The notes: a model not told the origin generated them from the letters alone. Numbered from the whole stretch's first letter, positions 13,273 to 26,215 are shown. The stretch is 63,862 bases of DNA, filler included, from Folioceros fuciformis (GCA_049999805.1; 8 parts of 8 records of this genome joined end to end with filler, not necessarily neighbours in it); one strand, 5' to 3'. Numbers and translations are program-made.

Positions 13273-14277
13273 CCTGGTACACGAGTGCGGGCACCGACTG
13301 CGGAGCAAGTCGCAAGGAGAAGGGACCAAGGAGAGGCCCTAGGACAAGGACGTAGAACTGGTCAGGGCAGTGTATGGATGGAGCCAGGAAGAGGCCGGAG
13401 GACTCGTGATTGAGTCCTTGTGGAAGCGCAGCACCACAGCGGGATAGGGTTCTGTTCAAGTCTGGGATAGGAAGGGAGGCCAATGGCTGGTTGGCACGAG
13501 AGATGGTGACTGCTCAACGCATGGGCCTAGCCAGGTGGCTTCTGTGTTTTTGGTAGCATAGGAAGCAGGGCTACCTATTAGACCACATGCTACTGTTCCT
13601 GCATGAAGTCGTCAAGGGGGGCAGGATTGACTAGGGGAAGATTATTTTTGATCAACTGAATGAGGAGAGGCAAAACCTGACTTCTCCCACCCCCCGTCCG
13701 TCTCTGATTTCACCCTTCCTGGTTCATTTGTATTCTTATGCTAACAATCTGCAAGAGCGAGAGGTTGTGGCTTCCTTGCATATGTGGAAGCCTGTTAGGG
13801 AGGTCAAGTGGAAGTTGAAAGAGCCCAAGGAGGAGGCAGAGTCGAGCAGCTAGGAGTCCGGGGCGACGGGAAGCTCAAAAGAGAAGGTATCGATCAGTAG
13901 GAAGCGGAAGGCAGGAGCCGGGCAGAAGACCCCTGCGAAGAGGAGGAAAGTGACCGTGCACGTCACCAGGTCAGCAGTGGATTTGGAGCTGCAAGAGTCT
14001 GCCCGGAAAACAGGGATCAGGCAGCCGAACTTAAGGAATCAATGCCAACTGAGGAGGCAAAACCGGCTGAGGGGGCAGGGAAGTTAGGGCTGACTCCAGG
14101 GGAAGAACTCTTTCTAGGGTGGGAAGAGATCTTCAAGGCCACCCCCTTGGTGGCGAATTTACAAGTGGAGGACTTGGCAAGGGTATACACCTGTTGGGGA
14201 GGGGGAACTTGGACAAAGGGATGGGTATTGGAGGTGCACCCCAACAGGTGGATTTGCTAGGCCTGACAGCGGCCATG

Positions 14278-17200
14278 TGTGGAGTGGAACTTGCACCCAA
14301 GAACCACCAAGGGCCACACCTCCCCCTTGTTATCGTCATAGTACTAGGATTCGCTCCCAAGGGAGTGAACCCGTGTCAAGGTTTTCTACAACTTTCCCCA
14401 CTCTGCCCTAATCTGATCCTAACTATCAACCGGCCCCTAGACCTAACCACACTACAGCAAAAAGATCATAACCTCGTCTTCAATACCAACTACCACCCCA
14501 GCTGAACGAGGGCTCAGCATCATCTTCAGCTCCCACTCCTAGCTTCGGGTATTAGCCGCCTCAACAGCTGAGAGGAGGTTCCAGCCTTGGCCTCAACCTC
14601 CACTCTCAGCCCTAAGTGCCAGTGACCTAAGAAGCTGATTGAGATCTTCAGCACCTAAGCTCCCCACCCCAGCACAACGGCTCTCTACTCCAGCACTCCA
14701 ACACTTCAGTCCTTCACCACCACGTCTCACCCCTGGATTTCAAACACAACAGCCCTTCACTTGCAGCCCTTGAGGCAGGAATGTGCAGACCCAGGCTAGA
14801 TGGCCCCCTCGGCCCACAGCCCTGCAGTCCATCGCTTTGGAAACCCCTTAGGGACGTCAAGCTATCCCAACCACCCAACCAGCATGCAAGGGAGATCAGC
14901 CCCTGCGGATTTGGCCACCCAGATCTCGATGATTTCGGGAGCCGCCACGTTCCCCTAGTGGCATGGGGAATCAAGACCGAGGCACATCTGCACACTGGGT
15001 TAAAACTCTAACCCAGCAGCCTGCACACAAGGTCAAGGGAGCTCTCACCAAAAAAAAAACCCCCTCCCTCAATGACAGGCCTGGCCTCTTATACCCCCTT
15101 GGCCAGGAACCCTGTCATTTCCTAACCAGGTCCACACGCCTCCGACAGAACCTCCCACTCGTCAAAACCCTAAACCTAACTCCGACCTAATCCTAACCCA
15201 AACTTAGTTGCCCATTACCCCCTTGCTGGTTACCCTCTACCAAAAATCACCAACCTCTCACAACTACCAAAAATCATCCGTGCTTCTCCACACCCTCCTC
15301 TCCTCCCTTGGATCAAATCATCCCTTTCCCTCAGACCCCCTTCGCCTTCAGGTCCCTCCCTCCATTCTATTGGCCAAGACCCCTGACCCGGGAAAACTAC
15401 CCCTCTAGTGCCCCTGAATGAGCACCTTGTAGGCTCGGCACCGGAAGCGACAACCCACCATCTCTGCTAACATAACCATCATTGGGCTTCCCACCCACTA
15501 GGAGCACGCCTGTACTAAGGGCTTTCCACCTTCAAACAACCAGGTGTGCTGCTTGCGGATGGCAAGCCGAATGCCACTTATGTCCTCTGGTTGGGGTTCG
15601 TCTGCACTCATTCTCCTGGCAGCCCACTTGGCGATTTTGAGTTTATCAAAGCAACAACACTCTTGCCTGGAACCATCGTCTAGTAGTAGATGAGGCATAC
15701 CCTCTCCACCATCTTTCCTCTTTCTGCGAGGGCACCTGGAACTCCTCCCAGCCGCTCAGCCAAACACTTCCACCACTGCTCATTCTCTAGACCCAGAAAG
15801 TACTCCTGCACTGCACGTTGCCCAAAGCCATAGTTGAAGACGCTCCTCTCCGATTGCACACGTCGCTACCATGGTTTGTATTCTTCCTTGGGCACCAGCC
15901 CCCGCTTAGCACTGCCCAATTCAGCACCCCTCCACAGTGCCATCGGAGCCTGCCTTTGGACCTGGCCATCCCCGAGCGCTTGTGCCTACCTAAATCCGCC
16001 TGCAACCACCCCTGCTAGCGGATCAACCCAGCCCCCCTGCCTGCTCGGCCGACCTCCTGCTTTCCGGAATCCGTTAGCCTCCAGCCTGCTCGCCAGGTCG
16101 ACCAGCGCCTGGATATGCTAGCCCGGTCTCCAGCAATCATCTCCTCGTAACAGACTCCCTTGTTAACCAGCCGGGCCGTCCTGGAAGGCTGAACTCGGCA
16201 CTGCCCTAGGGGCCTCTAGATGCATCCAGCCAACCAGCCCCAGGTGCTCTGCCCCCATATAAGGTAGCCATCCTGCTACATCCCGATCTACCTCTGTAGC
16301 TGGCTAGCAGCCGCTTAGCCTGAACCTCACTTGCCAGCCAGCATTGCAAGCACAGCCTGGATCAACTCGAGGCTTGCTTGGCCGACTTGGGTCATCCCAA
16401 CTGCCTACTTGGACTCCTGCAGCTGGGCATGTCTAGATTTTGCTCTGCCTGACCACCTTCAGCTGCAGCCAGGTCGGCCCTAGCCCAATCCGCCTTTCCT
16501 GCCCAGGCTCAACCATCCTGGATCCACGTGCAGCTGGTCCTAGCTACTTGCTTGCAGCTGAGTTTCTGCGCTGCTGGGGCCCCCACCCACCCTCAGTAGC
16601 CCAGCTGCTCGCCAGCCCTTGCAAGCCGCCTGCCTACCACCTGCTTCCGGATCGGGCTAGCTGGCCACACAACACCCTCCTAGCCGCTTAGCCCAGGCCG
16701 CCTGTCCACCACGATCCAGGCCAGCCTGCCTAGATCCCGCCATCCTGCACTGCCAACCCCTGCTCGGGATCCTGCAGCCAGGCCACCGCCCGGCTTCCAA
16801 ATTCGGCCCCGACCTGCCATGCCCAGAGTGTCCTGCCAGCCTGGATCTGGCCAAGCCTAGCTCACCATGCCAGGCCTGCCGATCGATCCTGCCCTCCTCC
16901 TGGATTTGGCAGCCTTGCCTGGTTGTCTGGCCGGGGCTGGGCTGCCTGCTCCTTACGAGCTCCTGCTGGGCAGCCCAGATTTAGCCATCTGCAGCCGCTG
17001 CAACCCCTGTCTGGCCCAGCCTCGACCAGCCGACAGGCCCTGCTAGCCGACAGCTGCTAGCCCGGCCATCCTCCAGGCCGCATGCCGGCCAGCCTGGCCT
17101 CCTAGATTTGGCCAGGCAGCCAGCCCACAGGCTCACCTGCTGTCTGCTTGTAGCCGGGGCGGGCTGGGCTGCTGGCTAGACCCCTCAGCTGCCACCTCCA

Positions 17201-18585
17201 GCCAGTAGACCCCCCTTGCCAGATCTCAACCACCAGCCTGCCTGCAGCTAGATCATGTCGAGGCCCGCCTGGCCTAGATCCGTCAGCCTCTATCTATTTG
17301 CCTGCTTTGCTAGGTCGCCTACCTGCGCCTAGCCGATCTGCTGCTGCAGCCAGCCCCTGCTAGGTCAATCCCCCCCCCAGCCGTCAGGGGGCAGCTTGGC
17401 TGCATGGTGGTCCGGCTAGGCGCCCACCTGCTGGCTGCCTGCTCACTCTCGCTGCCTGCCATTCCAGTTGGTTTCGTCTCCTGCAGCCTACTACTTCAGT
17501 CCCAATCAGCCCACCCCTCTGACTGGCCAGGATTCGCCCCCACCCTACTGCTGCTTGGCCGCGGCCCAACCACCTGGCCAAACCCAATCCAGGCCAGCCT
17601 ACAATACGATCTAGGCCAGCTCGCCATGGGTGCCAACCCAGGCTGGGCTGCTGCTAGGCCCTCCAGCAGCAGTTGCCGACGACCTGGGCAACCAGCCTCC
17701 ACCGGACCGCTTGCCTCCAACTCTGACCAGCCCAGCCGCCCAGCCAGGCTGCCCTTTCTCCGCTTAGCTGGGCTAGGTCCATTCCTATTGCCTGCTGCCT
17801 GGCTGGCTTGCTAACCTCCAAATCCAGCCCCAGCTACCTGCAAGCCGACGACTGCCTGGCATAAACAACTGGCTGGGCCGCTACCTGGCTTCGGGATCCC
17901 CCGGCCAGCCTGCTGGTTTTGTCTGCCGGCCAGCAGGTCTACCACTCGGCTGCTGCTGGCCCGGCCGACCCGCCGCCGTCTCGGGCTGGCTGCTTCCTGC
18001 CCAGCCAGCCCTTGTCTAGCCCCTCCTAGACCAGCCAGCCCGTCTGCTAGCAGGCTGGCTAGATTCGGCAGCCTTGCCACCACAACCTAGCTTGCTTGGA
18101 GCCGCCCTACGGTCACCCGGCCTGTTGAATCTTGCCTGGGCTTGCAGCCACTGCTCCGTCCGCCCGTCAGATCCATCCTAGCAGCGGGCCGGCCCGCCTT
18201 TCGGCCAGATCCTCAGCCCCAGCCACCTGGCCTAAGGCCAGAGCAGGCCTAGGCACCCTACCTCCCTACCTATGCCCAACCGCCTTCTGCACGCTCCCGA
18301 GGCCCTAGCTCACCCTCACACGCCCGACTTAGGGTCCCACGCACGCTAGCGTCCCTCTCCACGGGCACACCCTACCCCCTACTTCACATTTTCCACGGCC
18401 ACGGGTTAGCTAGACGATTGTTGTCTTTCTCAACTGCACCACCACTATCTCATGATCATCCTATTTAATCTAGCCTTATCTAACATAGTTTCCTAATTAC
18501 CTCTACAAGGAATTCTATCAAAGCTCCAAAAAAAAACAAATACCACCCATTTTCTAAGAGGCCTATCTCCCATGTGGTCTCCACA
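14278..18585 (-). mobile_element. 4308-bp insertion, probable solo LTR
   Basis: Termini TGTGGAG...CTCCACA (7-bp inverted repeat). 5-bp TSD CCATG at 14273-14277 and 18586-18590. The host reading frame resumes across it. No gag/pol and no terminal direct repeats seen. Strand inferred from a TATAAG + GA-rich tract near 15090 on the minus strand. Confidence 0.9.
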
Positions 18586-20047
18586 CCATGGTCTAGGCGT
18601 AGGTGGATATGCTAGATCAAGCTGCACGAGCACTCACTTGGCTGAGCATGTAGGGACAGAAAGCAGAGGAGGCGCAAGCCAAGCTGTCTAAGGCGGAAGC
18701 AAGACGGGAGCAATCGGAGGAAGCCTGACAGGCCCTGAGTGCAGCAAAGGCGCAGGCGCAAGAGGAAGTACGCCGGACTCGAGAAAAAATGTAGGCAATG
18801 AAAGATTAGCATGAGTTGCTTATGACTCAAGTCAAAGAGGTCCATGAGGCCAACCAGGAAATGCAACAGGAGCTATTGAGAGCACAGGAGCAAGAGGCAG
18901 CTGTAGTGGAGAAAGTCCAAAAGCTTGCGGGCAGTTACAAAGGAGAACGAGATGAGGCCTGGATCTAAGTAAAAGGGAAAGGGAAGGTCAAATGGAGCAG
19001 CAGGTTCGCGACCGAGGTAGTAGAAGCCGCTACCGGTTAGAGGGAGACCACGCCGGTAGAGGAAAGCCCCACCAGGGTTGAGGAAGTAGCAACAATCGCG
19101 GAACCCGCAGCCGGGAGAGTTGGAATGACAACCCGCCCTAGGAGGACGGGGCTGGGAACGACGGCCGCCAGAGGAACAGAGGATCCCCCAGTACCCTTGG
19201 AGAGCAGAAGACAGACAATTCGGGGTAGCTCACGGGAGGAGGGGGTAAGCACCTCATCTGCAGTAGGAGGCCAGATTGTATTACAACATCTGGATGAGGA
19301 ATCTTATATTCGTGGCCTCTATGTGAATGGGGACCATGTACTTAATCTTACTGTCCATGTGCGTGTGGAAATAAGAGGGACAAGGGCTTACTGCTTGCAA
19401 CTGAGGACCCGCTAGGGATGCTTCTCCCATTGCTTCCGGGTGTGGGGGCTGCCTCCTTGTTACTTAGAGGCAATCCAGGAGAAACTCACAGAAGAAGAAG
19501 CGCAGGCCTAGGTGGAGCAAGGACCTGTGACGGTCCTCAGCAACATGCGATCGGAAGGTGGGGGAAGGACCCCCCGGCGAACCCCACCCATGCCTCAACA
19601 AGAGAAGTTAAGCCACAGCGAGAGTGAGGTGGAGGTTTTATGTGAGGATCTGCCTGACCAGTGAAGAGGGAGGAGAGCCCAGGGATTCGGCGGCAAAGGA
19701 AGGAGTACGCGGAGGCCTTATAGAAGGCGACCGCGGTGATAGGATAGGCCAGAATTCATTGCATCTTAGAATAATATTTAGTTAAGATTTGGTGAAGATG
19801 CTTTCTTGGACCTGATGCTGCTCGCAATTAAGAGCGCTTGATTGCTTAAGACTGGACTTAATGGCGGCTACAACCCCGCTTGGCGTGTTGTACAAAGGGG
19901 CCTGTTGAGCCTCAAGAATTAGCAAATGTTGGAGACTCTTCCCGGTTGAGATCCTCGCGATGTCCATGGCTGGAGTGGAGATGTCTGGGTGGGCAATGTG
20001 TGCACGACGCTCCTGGGGTGGTTGAGAGCTTTTGCTCCACAACTAGT

Positions 20048-20520
20048 GGTGAGGGGGACGAATCAACAAATTCCCTGCTAAGTGGAAAGTCACCTTCCCT
20101 TATTCCATGAATCACTAGTTGTGTTCTGCGGTGAGTCGTGAGGGACGAATCCGCCAAATGTGAGGGGCGGAAGGAGAACTTCTCTTTCCCTTATTCCCTG
20201 AACTGCTGACTGTGGTCCGTAGCTGAGGTGAAGAGGACGAATTTGCCAGTTGCGCAAAGTGGAAGGAGAACTTCTCTTTCCCTTATTCCCTGAACTGTTG
20301 GCTGCGTTTCGAATCTAGTGTTGAAGAGTGTGTGTGAGAAGATGAGGCGTTGAAGTGAGTATGAAGGAGTGAGTGAAGAATGAGTGTGTAAGAAGAAGAA
20401 GGTTGGAGGAGTGAGTCTGTGAGAAGAAGACTAATTGTGGTCCGTAGCTAAGGAGAGGGGGACGAATCCACCCGCTACGCGGAGTAGAAGGGGAACTTCT
20501 CCTTCCCTTATTCCTTGAAC
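20048..20520. repeat. ~4 diverged copies of a ~70-90-bp unit
   Basis: Recurring GAGGGGACGAAT......AAGTGGAAGGAGAACTTCTCTTTCCCTTATTCCCTGAAC near 20048, 20136, 20225 and 20452. Confidence 0.8.
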
Positions 20521-21347
20521 CATTGGCCGCCTTTCGAATCTGGTGTAGGAGTGAGTGAGTTGAGGGACCGAGGAGGACCCTGGAAGATTGCTGAGATGGC
20601 TGGAGATTGAAGAGAATGGCTGAGAAATTGCTAGGTGATTGAGAAAGATTACTGAAGCTTGGATGTGATTTCAGAAAGGATTTTGAGAGATTTCGGGACG
20701 TTTATGGAAGACTGTTGAAGATTGTTGGAGACTGAGGGAGATTGTGGAGGATTGCTGAGGGATTGCTGGAGATTTGTGGACATTGCTGGAGGATTGAAGA
20801 CCCTTGGGGATGAGCCTGTGAGGAATAAGTGTATACTAGAGTTCTGGTTTGTTTTGCATGTGTGGAGAGTGTTGCGTGTGTGTGTGGGGGAGTGTAGCTG
20901 ATCCGCGGGGTTCTTGTTCCCCAAGGATTAGCACTTGCATGTGTGAGGAGCATCCAATAAGACCAGATCTGTGAGCTTGGAAGCCCTTGGGACAGAAACC
21001 TGTTGTGGGAACCCGCGGCGGCGCATGCGCCGGAAAATAATAGTTAGGGTTTTGGGTGGGACTCACCACGATTGTGGAGACCACTACCAGTCACGGACCT
21101 AGTGACCGTGGTCATAGAGTAGGGACCAGAGTCGTAGAGTAGGGTCCACGGTAGCTAGGCTAACCGGGGGTAGTGGTAGGGAGCTAGGGGTACTGGATAG
21201 GACCTGACCTAGGTAAGAGTTAGTAGTAGAAGAAACCTATGTTACTTGGCACAAATCATTCCCTTGGGAGCGAATCCCATGGCTACAACGACATAGAGGG
21301 TTTGTGTGGGCCTTGTGGTGTCCCCGGACACAGCATTTAACTCCACA

Positions 21348-23767
21348 CTAGGCAAGACTAGTAGCCTCTGGCTACTAGTCTTGCCTTAAATCCATCACCG
21401 TTACGTTTGATTTTGAATACCCAGTTGCTACCAATTATTTTTCTCCCTTCGGATGGTTTGACGAATTCCCATGTAGAGTTCTTAACTAGGGAGTCATACT
21501 CAGAGTCCATTGCAGCTTTCCATAAATCCTTCTCATGAGAGGAAAGAGCTTGTTTCAAGGTTAAAGGCTCTTCAGGATCAACTGTAGCTTTGTAAATACC
21601 TTGATGAAAATGGGAGAAAGGTGAGGAGGGATCATCAAAGGTGGTAAGGTATCCTAAAGGCGGTTCCTTCCATCCTGTAGGTCCAAAGACAGCAAGTATG
21701 GTTCGTAGGTTGTACCTTGGTGCAAGTTTCTCGTCTTCGTCGACAATTGGTTTCTCTTCTTCTGTAGATTCTTTAGGAGCTGGTTCATGTAATGGAGGAA
21801 CCCGCTCATCCTCATCTAGATAGTCACACTTGGAAAGTTCATCATCTTGGACATCATGAATATCTTCAAGGTGTTGAGTAATTTTCATATTTGGGTCTAG
21901 AGGTGTGGGTCGTCTTGGAGAAGGTGGCTCCTGCTCCTCTTGCAGTATAGGTTCAACCATAGGAGAGGAAGGAGTGTAATGTAGGCTAATAAATATGTCA
22001 TCATCGAAGGATGAGGATTGATTATTGTCATCAGGGACGAACACAGGAGATTTGGAGTCCACTGGAGATAAGATGGGAGACTCATGAAAAGTAACAGTAC
22101 AAGCGCATATAAGTTTCTTGGTAGCTGGATCAAATATTTTGTATCCTTTGATACCTTTTGTATAGCTAATAAAAGTATATTTGGCAGCCTTATCATCCAA
22201 CTTCTTCCACTGTGCTTTAGGAATATAAACATATGCTGTACAACCAAAGACCCGAAGGTGGTCGATAGAAGGCTTTCGGCCAATGAATGCTTCATAAGGT
22301 GTCATACCTTTAACTGTTGAGGTTGGAAGTCTATTTATGAGATATGTTGCTGTTATCATTGCTTCAGCCCAATATGGTTTAGTTAACCTAGCTTGAGAGA
22401 GCAAGCAACCTATGATCTCTTGAAGGCGTAGGTTCTTATTCTCTGCTACACCATTTTGCTGAGGTGTATATACCACTGTAAGTTGTTGAGCTATACCTTA
22501 AGCTTGACAAAAATCAGTAAAGGTGTTTGATGTAAACTCGCCTTCATTATCGGAACAGAGGGTCCTGAGCTTCTTATCTATAAGTCTCTCCGCACACATC
22601 ATGTAATCCTTTAAGTATTGAAAAGCTTCACTTTTGTGCTTAAGAATATATGTTGTGGTAAAGCGGGAGAAATCATCAATAAAAGTTAGGAAATATTTGC
22701 AACCGCTAAACGATGGTGCAGAAACTAGGCCGCAAATGTCAGTGTGAACTAACTCAAGGGCTGCCTTGGCCCGCTGTGGAGAGTTATTTTGAAAGGGTGC
22801 TTGATGTCCTTTAATTATGACACAAGCTTCACACCAGAATAGAGGTTCTATCGAAGTAAGGGAAGGATTCTTGTAGAGATTTCCCTTAGACATTTGAATG
22901 AGTTTTTGGCTATTAGGGTGTCCTAATCTACAATGCCAAAGTACAATGATATTGAAGGTTACAGAATTTTGGGAAGCTACGTGTACCCTATCATGTGAGG
23001 GTCCCACTAGGGCAGACAGTTTATATAACCCGTCCTCTAAAGTGCCTGTGCATATGTTGAGAGACTCACCTGGAGAATAAGTGATGAGACAACTATTTGC
23101 ATTTAAAATGACTTGCACACTATGTTCTGAACATAAGCTAGCGGTTGACATTACACATGGATAGTACATGGAGGACATGAGAGAGGGAGAGAACTTGGCC
23201 TGAAGTACATTTGAGAGCGATTGAACCTACACCAGAAATGGGAAGGTTATGGTCATCACCGAGTAGGATAGTCTGGTGCCCGATTACTGGCGAATAGGAC
23301 TCAAAAGAGTTTCTATTGTGACAGATGTGTGACGTAGCTCCACTGTCTAAGTACGAATTTGGATTTGTTGACTTTGAGGATGCCAAACATACAGTGAGAG
23401 CTGAAGGTGTCATGAAAAATTGTCTTTTCACAGCAAAATTTGCTCCACGTGAGGCCTCCTTTCTAGGCTCACCATTCTTCTTCTTCCTACAATCCTTCTC
23501 CATGTGATTTAGAATTCTGCACCAACTGCATAGAACACCACTCTTGTTACCTTTTGTAGGTGTAGAAGGAGATACGGTATCACCAATAGAATCATGTTGT
23601 CTTGGTGTGGTAGAGTGTTGGGAGGTGCCTCTGCCGCGACCATGGCCATGACCTCGACCCCTTCCTCTACCTCTTCCTGTGAACATCACCTGCTGTCGGC
23701 TGGGACGGTAATCCTATTGCCTACTTGACTCCTCCTGAATTAATGCTCCAATTAACTCAGTCACACT
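21348..23767 (-). pseudogene. copia gag C-terminus, protease, integrase and RT start; interrupted at both ends by other elements
   Basis: CSWCRILNHMEKDC; YLDSGATSHIC; LWHCRLGHP; ELVHTDICG; YTPQQNGVAE; WVFKIKRNGDGFKARLVARGY. Confidence 0.93.
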
Positions 23768-24705
23768 TATGAAAACATACAGCGGAAGCTAGAAAGAATA
23801 CGAATAGTTCATTACATTATAAGAAGTCAAGAGAGCACATATATAAATGTTTAGGGTTTAAAATAATAAACTATATAGCTAACCACAGGTTAACTAACCT
23901 AAGTTAGGCTAACCCATGTTGGGTTTACCATACTCAACACCCCCACTAAAGCCCAACATGCTTTAAGGCTTTAAGTACGAAAACACCAACAACCCGCGGC
24001 AACGTTTATGGACAACAAATTCACGGGCTTCACAGATAAGCAACAGAACGATGCCCACACGCGTGGCTGGGAGCATAAAAGAAACGTGGGCAAGCAGCCT
24101 TAAGAGCGCGGGCGCTGAAGGAAACACCACACACACACCAGTCCGAATCACACACGCTGCCATGGCCAGGTTGAAGTAGACGGAGAGGCGCAAGTGGAGC
24201 CCTTACGAAGGTGACCCAATAGAATCCATCTGCTATGAGGCGCCACCATCCTGTGCACAAGAACAACCAGATTCGGCCAGTAGTGAGCAAAGTGGAACCC
24301 AAGCAGCAGCCGCACAGTGACACGAGGCAGTCCTGCAACTCCAACGAGGAGCAAGCGCCCACAGATGTGAGAACATCCACCAACTTCTCAGAACTATCAG
24401 CTAGAAGTTTGATGAACTGCAGGAACAACTCGACACAGCATCACAGACTCTCGCGCCTCGATTCCCACTAAGCCAGCAAGAAGTGCTCAAGATGAGAAGG
24501 AGGCTTGCAAAATGGCAGCGCGACAGGGAAGAACTAGTGTCCAGAGGAAATCTCGCCACCGCCTCAACTCCTGAGCACACTCCCGCGTCGCCATAGCCAC
24601 CAAAGCGCGACGGTAAGCACCCTGCGCTACTTCGATGCCTATCTCGCAACTTGTTCTTGCACCAGCATGAAGGAATTCCACCAGCAGACACCGGTCATAT
24701 GCAGA
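23768..24705 (-). mobile_element. 3' end of a copia element: ~172-bp LTR (23768-23939), PPT (23940-23950), very degenerate RNase H
   Basis: Minus-strand TTTAGTGGGGG followed by TGTTGAG. Remnants AYRRALVAMATRECAQELRRWRDFL and IKLLADSSEKLVDVLT resemble copia RNase H motifs. It interrupts the gag of the neighbouring element. Confidence 0.7.
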
Positions 24706-24805
24706 NNNNNNNNNNNNNNNNNNNNNNNNNNNNNNNNNNNNNNNNNNNNTTAATTAATTAANNNNNNNNNNNNNNNNNNNNNNNNNNNNNNNNNNNNNNN
24801 NNNNN
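24706..24805. other. Artificial contig spacer
   Basis: 44 N + TTAATTAATTAA (stop in all six frames) + 44 N. Confidence 0.99.
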
Positions 24806-25739
24806 GATCACAAAGCATAGTGTACAAAACTATTACATATATAGGCCCAATCTCGATGACTGTCTGTGTTTTATGATATAATCTTGATAGCCTTTAACTT
24901 GACATAATCTCAATAACTCATGATTTAATCTCGATAAGACGATTTCTTCATTTTTTTATTTTTTTTACACATATATTTTTTCCCTTTTACAGAGCTGTAC
25001 TTGCATTGAATGTTTGGGAGACATATTCCCATTTACAAATTAGAGGGGCTTCCCATTTAGTTCAAGGGAATAAGCCCGGGCGTCCCATTTATAAGGGTCC
25101 CAATTAGAGGGGTTTGACTATAGTTAGCAAGAAACCATTGTTGTAAGCCGGGCCGCCACAGGTCCTTACTTAGCTGATGGGTAGGTTCAGCCACCAGGCT
25201 TGTGTAGCATTCTGATCTTCCCTTAGAAACAAGGTAACAACGAAGTAAAAAATAGAGCCTGAACAAGTATGCGTTTCATTAGCCTAATGGCTGCGAGGGC
25301 CTTAGGAGGCTTGGTTGCAGTAGATGACCCAGCCTGGGGGGAGGCGGCAGCTGGAAAAACCAACTAATTAAAATGGTCAACCGCCTCCCTCGTCTTTTGG
25401 CTCTATGGTGACGCCGAATGTCGTGACCCAACAATCTCAAGACCGGGACCTCTAACTATGTCGTCAGTGTAAGCAATCCAACCGTTCATGCATAGTTTAT
25501 TAGGGGTGTCTTGAATGTTTAAAATAGATTCGATTCACACGTTCACACAGAACAACTTGGGGAAATCACCGACTCATACCCTAGATCTACAGTCATAAGA
25601 TGCAGTAATTTCTTAGGATTTATGCATGTGCTAACTTTTTCGAGAATTATGCATATACTAATCTTTTTAGCCGATTGCCTATGCAGCATTTTCTTAATGC
25701 ATAGGCATTTTCTTAAGTGAATTATATATGTATTAATTA

Positions 25740-26215
25740 TGTTTGGGATGGATTCCGGATGTTAAGTTCTCGATAGCTAGGGAATGTAGGTTTCTTCCAT
25801 ACATGGAGCGTCCATATATTTGTATACAAGGATTTCACTTGGAGCTGACTTTTTTTCATTAGGGGAAACAAGTTTGTGTTGTTGATGTGGTTGTTACAAA
25901 TCCCACTAGAGATTTGATTTGCGTAGACATCATATCAACCCCCTGGATGGACGGCGGAGGGTTGTGCAATCACCAAAGTCCATAAGTATTCTCCCTATAA
26001 GACATGCATATTTTTATCCAGGCTCTTAAGGCCCATAGGGCCATGGCAAGGACTTTTCAAGGTTCATCAAGGACTGTAGTCACAGGAATTGGATTCTTTA
26101 TCTCTTGTTTGCGCTGGTCTTCTTTCGACAACATGTATCCATTGCTTTGCAAAGCGCATTTGCCAATAAGGTTCTTACAACAACAAGCGTATGTCAAGCG
26201 GCTTCTGCAGCACTA
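25740..26215 (+). mobile_element. Degenerate 3' fragment of a non-LTR retrotransposon with restriction-like endonuclease (CRE-like)
   Basis: Across frameshifts: IPDVKFSIAREC.F..ME, (R)AD, VVDVVVTNPTR, K.HKY, VSIALQ, in the motif order of the RLE domain. Confidence 0.55.

Larger units (their letters stand above)
13273..21347 (+). mobile_element. TGTGGAG/CTCCACA-family element (putative giant LTR) with degenerate ORF 13273-14277 + 18591-19740, interrupted by 14278-18585
   Basis: Translates to the same protein as 28436-31059 (VDLLGLTAAM|V..DMLDQAARALTWLS; GQIVLQHLDEESYIRGLYV). Ends in CTCCACA at 21347 abutting a copia RT codon. The left side is cut by the copia LTR ending at 13272. Confidence 0.8.

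Noticed and set aside
21073-21347. A self-contained 275-bp LTR (TGTGGAGACCA...CTCCACA)
   Set aside because: Not adopted: no TSD, no clear PPT or PBS next to 21073, and other copies are much longer. It remains an alternative that would weaken the ORF-in-LTR model.
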